A stretch of DNA of 64,000 bases, from NCBI GenBank assembly GCA_044344255.1, contig JBIJDH010000011.1, positions 1 to 64,000 on the forward strand, given 5' to 3'. Origin of the DNA: Myxococcota bacterium (GTDB lineage Bacteria > Myxococcota_A > UBA796 > UBA2385). The translations under genes were made by a program, and so were the position numbers. Shown here piece after piece: positions 9,262 through 17,904 of this stretch. How positions within the stretch are numbered: position 1 is the stretch's first letter; every line of letters starts with the position of its first letter. Below the pieces are notes generated by a model that worked only from the letters and a program-made list of their open reading frames with translations, was not told where the DNA came from and made no database searches.

Positions 9262-10133
9262 GAGAGCACGCCCATCACGGCCTCCACCTCGGCCTCCCCG
9301 AGGCCGGCCGCGCGGAGGTGCTGGGCCCCGCGCTCGGGGGAGAGGCGCCCCTCGGCCACCCCCATCACCACGCCGAGCAGCTCGGTGATGGCCTCCACCT
9401 CCGGGAGCACGAGCACCCGCCGCCCGATCAGCCGCTCCCAGCCGGCGACGAGGCCGGGCGCGGGGGGCTGCCCGCGGGTGATCAGCACGTGAAAGAGCTG
9501 CCAGCCCGCCGCCGCCGCCAGGACGACCTCGGCGTCGACCACGTCCCCGGCGGGTCGGTAGCCGAAGACGCGGTGCACGTGGGCGCGCTGGAGGGGCTTG
9601 TTCGCGGCGTCGCCGATGGTGAAGAGGTAGCCCTTACGGCCGCGCCGCTGGAGGGCGTCGGTGGCGGTGTGGTGCGCGGCGAACCAGTGGGCGAGGAGGT
9701 AGGACTCGGGCGGGTCGCCGCCCATGCCCTCGAGCCAGATCCGCGTCAGCCACTGGTCCATCTCGAGGCCGCTCTCGAACTGGCCCACCTGGAGGGGGGC
9801 GCGATCGCAGACGGCGTCGCCGATGGCGGCGAAGCAGAGCTGAGGGTCCCCCACCCAGCCCTCCTCGACGAGGCGCACCATCAGCCGGCCGAGCAGGGCC
9901 TGCGCGAAGCGGGTGGGGATGTCGCCCATCGAGGCGGTGACGTCAAAGGCGACGATGATCGGCACCGACTCGGGGTGGTGCTCGCTGTCCCGCGCCTCGC
10001 GGAGCCGCATGTTGCGGGGGTCCATCAAGGGGTCAATGCTCCGCTCCAAGCGGAAGATCTCGGCGGGGGCGGTGGATGCCCGCTCGCTGCTCACCGCGCG
10101 GAAGGCGGCGTCGCTCCAGCTCGAGTACCCCAT
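9258..10133 (-). CDS. vWA domain protein (paralog A)
   Basis: FDVTASMG, APLQVGQFES, WLEGMGG, ESYLLAHWFA, KGYLFTIGD; N-terminus MGYSSWS; AAGGAG upstream. Confidence 0.85.
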   Translation of the reverse strand: MGYSSWSDAAFRAVSSERASTAPAEIFRLERSIDPLMDPRNMRLREARDSEHHPESVPIIVAFDVTASMGDIPTRFAQALLGRLMVRLVEEGWVGDPQLCFAAIGDAVCDRAPLQVGQFESGLEMDQWLTRIWLEGMGGDPPESYLLAHWFAAHHTATDALQRRGRKGYLFTIGDAANKPLQRAHVHRVFGYRPAGDVVDAEVVLAAAAGWQLFHVLITRGQPPAPGLVAGWERLIGRRVLVLPEVEAITELLGVVMGVAEGRLSPERGAQHLRAAGLGEAEVEAVMGVLS

Positions 10134-10150
10134 GACGACGCTCCGCTCCT

Positions 10151-10172
10151 TGCTTAGACTCCATGCTTAGAC
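10151..10172. promoter_or_regulatory. Direct repeat TGCTTAGAC x2 (13-bp period) in the divergent intergenic region; candidate regulator binding site
   Basis: Exact 9-mer at 10151-10159 and 10164-10172 within the 85-bp gap between divergent vWA genes. Confidence 0.35.
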
Positions 10173-10218
10173 ACTGCGCTGACCCGCAGACGCATATCCA
10201 GCTCACCCGGGAGGCCCC

Positions 10219-11559
10219 ATGGGACACGGTCAATACAGCCAGGACGTCGCCTACCAGACCCGCGCCGGGGGCTCCCGCTGGGCGAACCCCGGTCAGATCC
10301 ACCCCACGCTGGACCCCAAGGTGGGCCCCCGCGAGGTGAACAACGTCACCCCCGTGGTGATGGCGATGGACGTCACCCGCTCCCGCGGCGATGACACGCG
10401 GCGCCTCTACGAGCAGCTCCCCACGCTGATGAAGAAGATGGAGGAGCGCGGCTACGTCGAGGGCCCCGGCATCAGCTTCGCCGCCGTGGGCGACGCCGAC
10501 GCCGACAAGGCCCCCCTGCAGGTGGGCCAGTTCGAGGGAGACAACCGCCTCGACGCCGTGCTCTCCTCGATGTGGATCGAAGAGGGGGGCGGCGGCACGG
10601 GCCAGGAGTCCTATGAGCTCGCCGCCTGGTATTACGCGGGCACGAATTGCGTGCGCCTCGCCAAGAACGAAGGAGGAAAGGGTTTCTTTTTCTTCGTCGG
10701 CGACGAGGGTTTCTATCCCACGGTCTCCGGGGCCCACCGCGCCCGCCTGCTCGGGCAGGAGGCCAAGGACGTCCCCTCCGCCGAGGCCTTCGCGGCCCTC
10801 CAGCAGAAATTCCACACCTTCCTCATCTACCCGGCCACCACCATGGCCGAGCGGAAGTCCGACATCGACGCCGAGATCCGCAACCGCGTGCTCGCGGCGG
10901 GCGGCCAGCACGACAACGTCGACGTGCGCGTGACGCTGGTCTGGGACAACCGCAACGACCTTGACCTGCACGTCACGACGCCGAGCGGCGAGGTCATCTA
11001 CTTTGGGCACCGCGCCTCGGTCTGCGGCGGCGTGCTCGACGTCGACCGCAACCCCCGCGGCGAGACCACCACCCCCGTCGAGAACGTGCGCTGGGCCAAG
11101 GGCGCCGCCCCCGAGGGCGCCTATCAAGTGAAGGTCCGCAACTTCGCCTTCCACGAGGCGGTGCGGGCCCCGACCCCCTTCCGGGTGGAGATCGAGTGCG
11201 CAGGTGAGCTCGACTACTTCGAGGGCGTGATCAGCCCCAAGCTCGAGGCGGGGGCGGCGAGTGACGTCGACCTGCCCCCCTTCCGCTTCACCGCCGACGC
11301 CGCGGCCCGCAGCGCGCAGTACGAGGCCTACTCCGACGCCGTCGTGCTCGCCCAGTGGTCGAGCGTGCTGCCGGCCGGGCACGTCCTCCGGCTGAAAGAC
11401 GCCAACAACATCACCCACACGCTGCTCGGAGCCCTGGCCCTCGCCAACGGCAAAGAGACTCTGGAGAGCTACGGCGCCCGCCTCACCGCCGACGGCGTGA
11501 CCGCCGAGGCCGTGGCCGATGTGCGCGCGGCCCTCGCCGGGGTGGGGCGCGTCACCTGA
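10219..11559 (+). CDS. vWA domain protein (paralog C) with inserted YfaP/DUF2135-like domain
   Basis: MDVTRSRG, APLQVGQFEG, WIEEGGGG, ESYELAAWYY, KGFFFFVGD. Insert contains VRVTLVWDNRNDLDLHVTTPSGE...GGVLDVD...PVENVRW...GAYQVKV. GGAGG SD; N-terminus MGHGQYS. Confidence 0.85.
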   Translation: MGHGQYSQDVAYQTRAGGSRWANPGQIHPTLDPKVGPREVNNVTPVVMAMDVTRSRGDDTRRLYEQLPTLMKKMEERGYVEGPGISFAAVGDADADKAPLQVGQFEGDNRLDAVLSSMWIEEGGGGTGQESYELAAWYYAGTNCVRLAKNEGGKGFFFFVGDEGFYPTVSGAHRARLLGQEAKDVPSAEAFAALQQKFHTFLIYPATTMAERKSDIDAEIRNRVLAAGGQHDNVDVRVTLVWDNRNDLDLHVTTPSGEVIYFGHRASVCGGVLDVDRNPRGETTTPVENVRWAKGAAPEGAYQVKVRNFAFHEAVRAPTPFRVEIECAGELDYFEGVISPKLEAGAASDVDLPPFRFTADAAARSAQYEAYSDAVVLAQWSSVLPAGHVLRLKDANNITHTLLGALALANGKETLESYGARLTADGVTAEAVADVRAALAGVGRVT

Positions 11560-11616
11560 GCGGGGGGCGCGTCGCCTGAGTGGGGGGCCGACCGGGCGGG
11601 GCGCCGACCGGGCGGC

Positions 11617-13398
11617 TCACTCCGAGGTGAGGATCCAGAACCTTCGCCGCACGGTCCCGGCGTCGCCCTCGACCGTGTAGGTGATCGTGTTCTCGCCGCC
11701 GAGGACCACCTGATCGGTGATGTCGGTGGTCACGGTGTCCACCTGGAGGCCCGGGCACCAGCCGGAGCGGCCGTACCACCAGGTGCCGTACTGGTTGGGG
11801 ACGGTGCCGACGGCCACCTGGTCCATGCAGCCGTAATAGGTAGACGTGGTGGGGAAGTCGCGCACGTACTCGCCCGCGAGGTTGTCATTGATCACGAAGT
11901 GGTGCTCGGCGTTACAGAACTCGCCGCAGGTCTGACCGTGCTGAGAGATCACGGTGGCGAGGGTGACCCGCTTGGCGGTGGCGGGCACCAGGAAGGTGTC
12001 GGTGTTCACGTCGCCGAGGACGTAGTCCACTGCCTTTGGTTTGAGGGCGTCTCCTGTGTTGGAGAAGCGGAGCGAGCCCGTGAGGTCGTAGCTGTTGTCG
12101 GACTGGAAGCGGAGGCGCTTGTGGCCGCCCCCGGCGAGAAGGGGCAACATCGGGCTGATATCATAGACCCAGCGGCCCTCTCGGTGGTAGGTCGTGATCC
12201 AGCGCCCGATCTCGGTGTCACAGCCGCCGCAGGCGAGGTCGTCATAGCCGCTGCCGTCCTCCTTGCAGGTGTAGGTGCCGGCCCGCTCCTCGCCGATCGG
12301 GCTCCGACAGGCGCCCTCGAGCGTATCACCCGCCGCGCAGGCGGTGTCCGCATAGGGATTGACCGTGTCGGACGGCTCGTCACACAGATAGAGATAGGCC
12401 ATGTAGTCCCAGGCCGGGCAGGTGCCGTACTCCCCCTCGCCGATGCAGGCCATGGTGAGGTCGACCTGCAGCTTGTCCATCTCGGAGAGGGTGGCGGCGT
12501 CGGGGAGCGTGACGTCGACCGTCACGTCACCGCCCTGCTGGCCGTCAAAGACGGTCACCACGGTGGCGCCGTCGGCCGCCAGGGCCGCCTCTCGGTTGGC
12601 CTCGAAGTTGTAGTAGATGGCCTCGTTGGCCACCATGCCGAGGTTGGGCTGGAACCAGCCCACCGCCTCGTCGTAGCGCTTGGGATCGGCGTAGCTGCCG
12701 ATGTAGCGGATGCGCTGGGTCCGATCGATGGCCACACCCCAGGCGGGGCTCTTCATCGTCTCGCCGAGCCAGCCCGGCAGGTCGGTGTCGCGGGCGGTGA
12801 CGTAGTGGACGCGGCCCCGCCAGGCCTCGGCCTGGGCGCTGTCCATCCGCTCGAGCTCGTCCTCGATGTTGGCCTGCAGCTCATCGAGCGCGGTCGCCCG
12901 GGCCTCCTCGTTGCCGGAGTCGGGGATGAAGAACAGGTGCACGTTCTCGGGCAGGAGGTCGAAGAGGTCGTCGTGGTCGCGCTCCCAGCTCCCCGTGTCG
13001 AAGCCCGTGTTCTGCCGCGGCCGCTGCTGGATGAAGAGGTAGCTGTCGCAGCCGCTGTACTCGGCGGCGAGGCTCCAGTCCCCCTCGCGGGTGGGCAGCG
13101 TGAGATCAGCGGCGGTGGCGTAGAGCGTGTCGTCGTCGACGGCGTCCTCCCAAGGCCGCACGGGCAGGCCGAGCTCGGCGCAGGCGAGGGAGGGGTCGAT
13201 CACGCCGGTGTCGCCGCTGTCCCCGCCGTCGGTGCCGTCGGTGCCGTCACTCCCGTCCGTCCCGTCACCCCCGTCGGCGCCGTCGCTCCCGCCTCCGAGG
13301 ACGCTCCACGAGGACTGGGGCGCGCCGCCGCCGCCGCCGCCGCCGCCGGAGCAGGCCCAGAGGGTGAGGAGCGAGCAAGGGAGGAAGGAGCGGGGCAT
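11617..13398 (-). CDS. Lipoprotein with peptide-N-glycosidase F-related C-terminal domains
   Basis: ATG at 13398 after GAGG; lipobox LWAC; Gly/Asp linker; motifs CPAWDY, EIGRWITTY, DISPMLPLL, CGEFC, NQYGTWWYGRSGWCPG. Confidence 0.8.
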   Translation of the reverse strand: MPRSFLPCSLLTLWACSGGGGGGGGAPQSSWSVLGGGSDGADGGDGTDGSDGTDGTDGGDSGDTGVIDPSLACAELGLPVRPWEDAVDDDTLYATAADLTLPTREGDWSLAAEYSGCDSYLFIQQRPRQNTGFDTGSWERDHDDLFDLLPENVHLFFIPDSGNEEARATALDELQANIEDELERMDSAQAEAWRGRVHYVTARDTDLPGWLGETMKSPAWGVAIDRTQRIRYIGSYADPKRYDEAVGWFQPNLGMVANEAIYYNFEANREAALAADGATVVTVFDGQQGGDVTVDVTLPDAATLSEMDKLQVDLTMACIGEGEYGTCPAWDYMAYLYLCDEPSDTVNPYADTACAAGDTLEGACRSPIGEERAGTYTCKEDGSGYDDLACGGCDTEIGRWITTYHREGRWVYDISPMLPLLAGGGHKRLRFQSDNSYDLTGSLRFSNTGDALKPKAVDYVLGDVNTDTFLVPATAKRVTLATVISQHGQTCGEFCNAEHHFVINDNLAGEYVRDFPTTSTYYGCMDQVAVGTVPNQYGTWWYGRSGWCPGLQVDTVTTDITDQVVLGGENTITYTVEGDAGTVRRRFWILTSE

Positions 13399-13476
13399 GG
13401 CGACCTCTTCGGGGGAGCGCATCATACGCCGGGGGCGGGCCCGTAGGCGGCGGCGGGGAGCGGGTAGGATGGCCCC

Positions 13477-14370
13477 ATGCGCGCCTATGTCCGACTGCGG
13501 CTCCCCGACGGCACCCTCGCCCACCTGGGCCCCGGCGATATGCTCGGGCGCACCTGGTCGGCGGCGCTGCGGCTGGATGACCCCCAGGTCTCGGAGGCCC
13601 ACGCCTTCGTCAGCCTGCGGGGTGGGGCCCTGCTCCTGCTCTCGCTGCGCAGGCGCTTCCTCGTCGATGGTCGGGCGGTCGCCGAGGTCGAGCTCGCCCC
13701 CGGCCAGCGCCTCGCCCTCTCCGCCGAGAGCGAGCTCGTGGTTGAGGAGGTCGGCCTCCCGGACTCCGTGCTCGGCGTGGAGGGGCCAGGGCTCACGCGG
13801 CAGGTGCTCGAGGGCACGAGCAGCGTGCTGGCCGGGCCGCCCCTGCGGGTCGTCCCCGGCGTGGTCCCGGGGGCGGCGGCGATCTTGTGGAGCAGCGGGG
13901 AGGACTGGCGGGTGCGCGTCGGCGCCGAGGTGGCCCGGAGCGTGCAGCTCGGCGACCGCGTCGAGCTCGGCGGACAGGCCCTCGTGGTGGTGGCCGTGCC
14001 GCTCGCGGGGGCCGGCCAGGAGCAGACCCGCGCCGGCCTCGACGCGCCGCTCACCATCATCAGCTGGTTCGACACCGTCCACCTCTGTCGAGAGGGGAGC
14101 CCGCCCGCCGTCCTCACCGGTCAGCTCGCCCGGCTCCTCGCCGAGCTCGTGGCCATCCGCGCGCCTGCGCCCTGGGAGGACATCGCCCACACGCTCTGGC
14201 CCGACAATGACGACCGCGACGCCCTCCGCCGCCGCTGGGACGTGCTGCTCGTCCGCCTCCGCGACCGCCTGCGCGCCGCCAACGTGCGCCCCGAGCTCGT
14301 GCGCAGCTCCCGCGGCGGCCTCATCGAGCTCGTCCTGCAGCCAGCGGACCGGGTGGAGGACCGCGGCTGA
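13477..14370 (+). CDS. FHA domain plus C-terminal winged-helix (OmpR-like) regulator
   Basis: FHA motifs LGR...DDPQVSEAHA; C-terminal PWEDIAHTLW...RRRWDVLLVRLRDRL. Confidence 0.75.
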   Translation: MRAYVRLRLPDGTLAHLGPGDMLGRTWSAALRLDDPQVSEAHAFVSLRGGALLLLSLRRRFLVDGRAVAEVELAPGQRLALSAESELVVEEVGLPDSVLGVEGPGLTRQVLEGTSSVLAGPPLRVVPGVVPGAAAILWSSGEDWRVRVGAEVARSVQLGDRVELGGQALVVVAVPLAGAGQEQTRAGLDAPLTIISWFDTVHLCREGSPPAVLTGQLARLLAELVAIRAPAPWEDIAHTLWPDNDDRDALRRRWDVLLVRLRDRLRAANVRPELVRSSRGGLIELVLQPADRVEDRG

Positions 14371-14640
14371 CGGCCCTCCAGAGGCACCCCAGGCGCGCCG
14401 CCCCGGCCCCGACCGGCGCGCGGCGATCGAGGACCACTGGCGGGCGGTGCCGCTCTTGAAGGAGATGGGTCTGACACTGCCCAGATGACCGGTCGCGGCG
14501 AAGCCCGAACCAACATGAAGATCAGCATAGAAGGCAGCCGTGCGCGGCGATGAGCCCTGGGCCCGGCGTTACGTCACCGGTGAGACCCCCCGCGTGGCCG
14601 TGCTCACCGCGCGACCTGCGCGGGGTCGCCCAGGGGAACC

Positions 14641-15285
14641 ATGTCTACCGAGCTCTCTCGCCCCCGATCGCCTTGGATCCGCGTCTGGCACGCCCTCGAC
14701 GGGCTCGTCATCACCGGCCTCCTCGGCACCGTCCTCCTCCGCAAGACCTTCCTCGCTTGGCGCACGAACGGCCCCCTGATCGAGGCCGAGGTGAGCAAGG
14801 CCGGCGGCACGGTGTCCGCGGAGGGTGCAACCGCCGTGGCCAAGCTGCTGCGCGACCGGATGTGGGAGTGGCACCACATCTTCGGGGTCGCCCTCATCGC
14901 CCTCGTGGTCTTTCGGCTGGTGATCATCGCCCTCGACCGGGAGCAGAACCCCCTGCTGGCGGGGTACCGCGCCTTCGTCCAGTCTCGGGCCCTGCCGCCC
15001 GAGGCCCGCAGCGCCGCCCTACACGGCGTCTTCGTCAAGGTGACCCACGCCGCCTTCTACGGGCTGCTGCTCGTGATGGCGGTCACTGGCGGTCTGCTCT
15101 TGAACGAGGAGACCATCGGCCTCGGAGAGGGGCTGGAGGAGGCCCTGAAGGAGGTCCACGAAGCGGTCATGTGGGGCATCGCCGCCTTCGTACCGCTGCA
15201 CATCGCCGGCGTGGTGGTGGCCGAGCTCCGCGGGCAGCGCGGGCTGGCCTCCGAGATGATCCACGGGCGGAGCGGCGAGCGCTGA
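14641..15285 (+). CDS. Cytochrome b/b6 (b561 / hydrogenase cytochrome b-type) membrane protein
   Basis: Four TM segments with heme-ligand His residues in RVWH, WEWHH, EVHE and LHIAG. Confidence 0.85.
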   Translation: MSTELSRPRSPWIRVWHALDGLVITGLLGTVLLRKTFLAWRTNGPLIEAEVSKAGGTVSAEGATAVAKLLRDRMWEWHHIFGVALIALVVFRLVIIALDREQNPLLAGYRAFVQSRALPPEARSAALHGVFVKVTHAAFYGLLLVMAVTGGLLLNEETIGLGEGLEEALKEVHEAVMWGIAAFVPLHIAGVVVAELRGQRGLASEMIHGRSGER

Positions 15286-15303
15286 GCGGCGCTGGGCCGC
15301 GCA

Positions 15304-17778
15304 TCAGGCCTTGGGGCGCCCCTTCGTGGGGGTGGCCTCCGCCTTGACGGGCCCCCGGTTGAAGATCTCCTTGGCCGCGGCCTCGGGATCGACCGGCAGG
15401 CCGTCCTCCACGAAGGGCATCCGCCAGGCGCAGCCCTCCTTCCAGCGGGAGCAGCCCCAGGCGCTGCGCCCGACGATCACCTTGCCGCCTTCGCAGGCCG
15501 GACAGGGCAGGCCCTCGGGGTCTGGGGGAGCCCGCCGGGGGCGGTCGCCGTCGGCGAAGGAGAAGACCACCTTGTTCTCGGCGTCGAGCTTGAGGCCGGC
15601 CTCGAAGGCCTTGCCGGCCTTGCTCTTCCAGCCCTTGACCACCGGGGTCTGGCGCTCCTTCAAGAGCTGCTTGACCATGCGGGCGGAGACGTCGCGCTTC
15701 GCCATCGTGGCCCAGACGACGAAGCCGCAGGTGCCCGCGCAGGCGTAACGCCCGCGCCGCTCGGAGACAGGCTGGCCGCAGGTGGGGCAGGGGCCGAGCG
15801 AGGGGCCCTCGGCGGCCTGGCGCTCGGGCGCCGGCGGGGTGGCGCCCTTCATCTCGCCCACCATGGCGCCGAGGCGCTCGCGCACGTCGGCCATGAAGCG
15901 CGCGCGGCTCTCCTTGCCCTCGGCGACGTGGTGCAGCCGGGCCTCCCAGCGGCCGGTGAGGGCCGGGCTCTTCAGCTCCTCGACCGGCAGGGCGGCGATG
16001 AGGGCCACCCCGCGGCCCAGCGCGTGCAGCTCCTTGCCCCGCCGCTCGATGAAGCCGCGCTTGAGCAGGGTCTCGATGATGGCGGCGCGGGTGGCGGGGG
16101 TGCCGAGGCCGCCGGCGCGCAGGGCCCGCTTGAGCTCGTCGTCGTCGAGGGCCTTGCCCGCCGTCTCCATCTGGTAGAGCAGGCTCGCCTCGGTGTGGGG
16201 GCGCGGCGGGCGCGTGGCCCCGGCGAGGACGGCGGGATCGACCACCTGGGCGCGGCCGCCGACGGTGAGCAGGGGGAGCTCTCGGTCCTTGGAGGCCGCG
16301 GGAGGGTCGATCGCCTGCCACCCGCGCTCGCGGCAGACCCGCCCGCGGGCGCGGAGGCGGGGCGGAGAGGGCAGCGGCGCCGGGGCCCGGGCGGCGGGGA
16401 CCTCGACGACGAGGGCGGTGAGGTCAAAGATGGCGTCGGGGGAGAGCGCGGCGAGGAGGCGCCGGGCGATGAGGTCGTAGATGCGCTTCTGGTCGGGCTG
16501 GAGGCCCCCGGGATCGGGCCGCGCGGCGGTGGGGAGGATGGCGTGGTGATCGCCCACCTCGTCGGCGTTGACCACCCGGCGGCCGGGCTGGATGGGGCGG
16601 GCGAGGATGGCGCGGGCGGCCGCGGTGTAGGGCGGCAGATGCGCGAGGCCCTGGACCACCGGCGGCAGCTCGGCCACCTGATCGGGCGTGATGTAGCGGG
16701 CGTCGGTGCGCGGGTAGGTGATGAGCCGCGCCTCGTAGAGCGACTGCGCGAGCTCGAGGGTGCGGTCGGCCGACAGGCCATACCGCTGGTTCGCCCGGCG
16801 CTGGAGGCTGGTGAGGTCATAGAGCAGGGGCGGGGCCTCGCGCTTCTCCTTCCGCTCCGAGCTGAGCACCACCGCGCGCTGCTCCCGGAGGGCCTCGACC
16901 AGGGTGTGGGCGAGGATGGCGGAGGGGAGCCGCTCGATGGGGAGCGCGTCCTCCTCGCCCTCCGCGCCCTCGGCGAGCCTCGCCTGACCGCCCTCGGGGG
17001 GCTGCTCCTGGAGGTCGTGGCGGAACCAGCGGGCGCGGAGGCGACCGCCCTCGGCCTGGCCGTCGATCCCGCCTTCGATCACGCCTTCGATGACCCTTTC
17101 GATCAGCAGTGTGGCCTCCACCCGCCAGAAGTCCTCGGGGACGAAGTCCGCGATCTCCCGGTCTCTCCCGACGATCATCGCCAGGGTGGGGGTCTGCACC
17201 CGGCCGACGCTGAGGAGCTGATCGCCGCCGGCCGAGCGGGCGAGGCAGGTCATCGCGCGGGTGGCGTTGAGGCCGACGAGCCAGTCCGCCTCGGAGCGGC
17301 AGCGGGCGGCGTCCCCCAGCGCGTCGTAGGCCGCGGCGGGCTTACGCGCGGCCCAGGCGCCCTTGATCGCCCCCTCGGTGAGGCTGGCCAGCCAGAGCCG
17401 GCTCACGCGGGCCTTGCCGCCGGCGGCCTCCCAGACGTAGCGGAAGATGAGCTCCCCCTCGCGGCCGGCGTCGCAGGCGTTGACGACCTCGTCGAGGCCG
17501 CGCTGCTGGATGAGCTTGGAGAGCAACGCCCAGTGTTCGCGGGCCCCCTCACGCACCTGGAGGGCGAAGGCGGCGGGCACCATCGGCAGGCTGTCGAAGC
17601 TCCACCGCTTCCAGGCGGGGTCGTAATGCTCGGGCTCGACGAGCTCGCACATGTGGCCAATGCACCACGTGATCTGAATGCCCTCCCCCTCGAGGCAGCC
17701 CTCGCCCCGGCGTGTCGCGCCGAGCACCCGACCGAGGTCGCGGGCGACAGAGGGCTTCTCGGCGACGACCAGCAGCAG
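15304..17778 (-). CDS. topB: DNA topoisomerase III with C-terminal zinc ribbons; apparent CTG start
   Basis: AEKPSVA, DAGREGELIF, GRVQTPTL, ITYPRTD (catalytic Tyr), DHHAILPT, GLGTPATRA. The conserved N-terminus lies upstream of the called 17727 start; the CTG at 17778 follows GGAGG plus a 5-nt spacer. Confidence 0.92.
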   Translation of the reverse strand: MLLVVAEKPSVARDLGRVLGATRRGEGCLEGEGIQITWCIGHMCELVEPEHYDPAWKRWSFDSLPMVPAAFALQVREGAREHWALLSKLIQQRGLDEVVNACDAGREGELIFRYVWEAAGGKARVSRLWLASLTEGAIKGAWAARKPAAAYDALGDAARCRSEADWLVGLNATRAMTCLARSAGGDQLLSVGRVQTPTLAMIVGRDREIADFVPEDFWRVEATLLIERVIEGVIEGGIDGQAEGGRLRARWFRHDLQEQPPEGGQARLAEGAEGEEDALPIERLPSAILAHTLVEALREQRAVVLSSERKEKREAPPLLYDLTSLQRRANQRYGLSADRTLELAQSLYEARLITYPRTDARYITPDQVAELPPVVQGLAHLPPYTAAARAILARPIQPGRRVVNADEVGDHHAILPTAARPDPGGLQPDQKRIYDLIARRLLAALSPDAIFDLTALVVEVPAARAPAPLPSPPRLRARGRVCRERGWQAIDPPAASKDRELPLLTVGGRAQVVDPAVLAGATRPPRPHTEASLLYQMETAGKALDDDELKRALRAGGLGTPATRAAIIETLLKRGFIERRGKELHALGRGVALIAALPVEELKSPALTGRWEARLHHVAEGKESRARFMADVRERLGAMVGEMKGATPPAPERQAAEGPSLGPCPTCGQPVSERRGRYACAGTCGFVVWATMAKRDVSARMVKQLLKERQTPVVKGWKSKAGKAFEAGLKLDAENKVVFSFADGDRPRRAPPDPEGLPCPACEGGKVIVGRSAWGCSRWKEGCAWRMPFVEDGLPVDPEAAAKEIFNRGPVKAEATPTKGRPKA

Positions 17779-17827
17779 GGGGGCCTCCAGGCGAGCGGGC
17801 GGCCTATCCCGTCTCGCGCCGGGCCAT

Positions 17828-17895
17828 CACCGCGGCGGACCCCACCGCGGCGGACCCCCACCGCGGCCGGGCCCCCACCGCGGCCGGGCCCCCGC
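17828..17895. repeat. Four imperfect tandem copies of a 16-17 bp unit (ACCGCGGC[C]GG[A/G]CCCC[C])
   Basis: Read directly from the intergenic sequence upstream of topB; each unit contains the palindrome CCGCGG. Confidence 0.8.
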
Positions 17896-17904
17896 CGTAG
17901 CGGC

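Noticed and set aside
13399..14190. Long N-terminal extensions of ORFs 11617..14190, 1358..2389, 50679..51968, 56209..59376 and 46037..47011
   Set aside because: They overlap real genes or read as GC noise; internal starts with SD sequences, signal peptides or stop-start overlaps are better supported.
14371..14640. Short coding-like fragments (AAIEDHWRAVPLLKEMGLTLPR; MTGRGEARTNMKISIEGSRARR)
   Set aside because: Too short and without recognisable homology to call a small gene or pseudogene.
17828..17895. Possible CRISPR or REP array
   Set aside because: Units are short and contiguous with no unique spacers, no cas genes are present, and I saw no dispersed copies in the window.
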